Shown here piece after piece: positions 19,921 through 20,000 of a stretch of DNA of 20,000 nucleotides (the stretch's first letter is position 1; each line of letters begins with the position of its first letter). Under the pieces are notes generated by a model that saw only the letters and a program-made list of their open reading frames with translations, was not told where the DNA came from and ran no database searches. The translations under genes and the position numbers were made by a program. This DNA is from Welwitschia mirabilis (taxonomy: Eukaryota). Location of the stretch: contig JBOZIK010000001.1 in the NCBI GenBank assembly GCA_051453625.1, forward strand, positions 47,794,643-47,814,642. The letters run 5' to 3'.

Positions 19921-20000
19921 GGGCCTTTGGTCCAGTGGTAAAGACATATGCCTGTGAGGCAACAAGTTCGAAGTTCGATTCCCATGTTGGGCGCGTAGGC
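19921..20000 (+). mobile_element. tRNA-derived SINE head (or tRNA-like pseudogene), cut by the window edge
   Basis: Pol III box A TGGTCCAGTGG (19928-19938) and box B GTTCGATTCC (19973-19982) at tRNA-like spacing, plus the residual stem-loop TGCC-TGTGA-GGCA. GC content rises exactly where RNase H homology stops. Confidence 0.7.

Noticed and set aside
1..20000. CRISPR array, rRNA, operons or prokaryotic defence systems
   Set aside because: No repeat-spacer periodicity or such genes seen; the content is plant nuclear retroelement and PPR sequence.

Overview
Plant (probably seed-plant) nuclear DNA from a draft scaffold, AT-rich, with six N-gaps (1159-1910, 3555-4314, 6047-6537, 10745-10844, 16078-16443, 17992-18158). 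No intact protein-coding gene is present; the window is a cluster of decayed retroelements and pseudogenes. From left to right: a decayed Athila-like Ty3/gypsy 5' half on the minus strand (gag, 5'UTR, eroded PBS, probable LTR); a CT-rich LTR pair with a G12 PPT and almost no internal region; a 5'-truncated PLS/E-class PPR pseudogene on the plus strand, split inside its E1 motif by a complete but dead Ty1/copia element (8797-14068, 301-bp LTRs about 93% identical, GATAT target-site duplication, tRNA-iMet PBS, PPT); a P-class PPR fragment; the 3' half of a Tat/Ogre-type gypsy element (PPT, long 3' region, integrase, second RNase H); and a tRNA-derived SINE-like head at the right edge. I found no convincing evidence for a novel biological system. 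The best leads are the reconstructable PPR knockout, a diverged internal duplication in the copia pol, the near-empty LTR element and the SINE head. All alignments and mismatch counts were done by hand.
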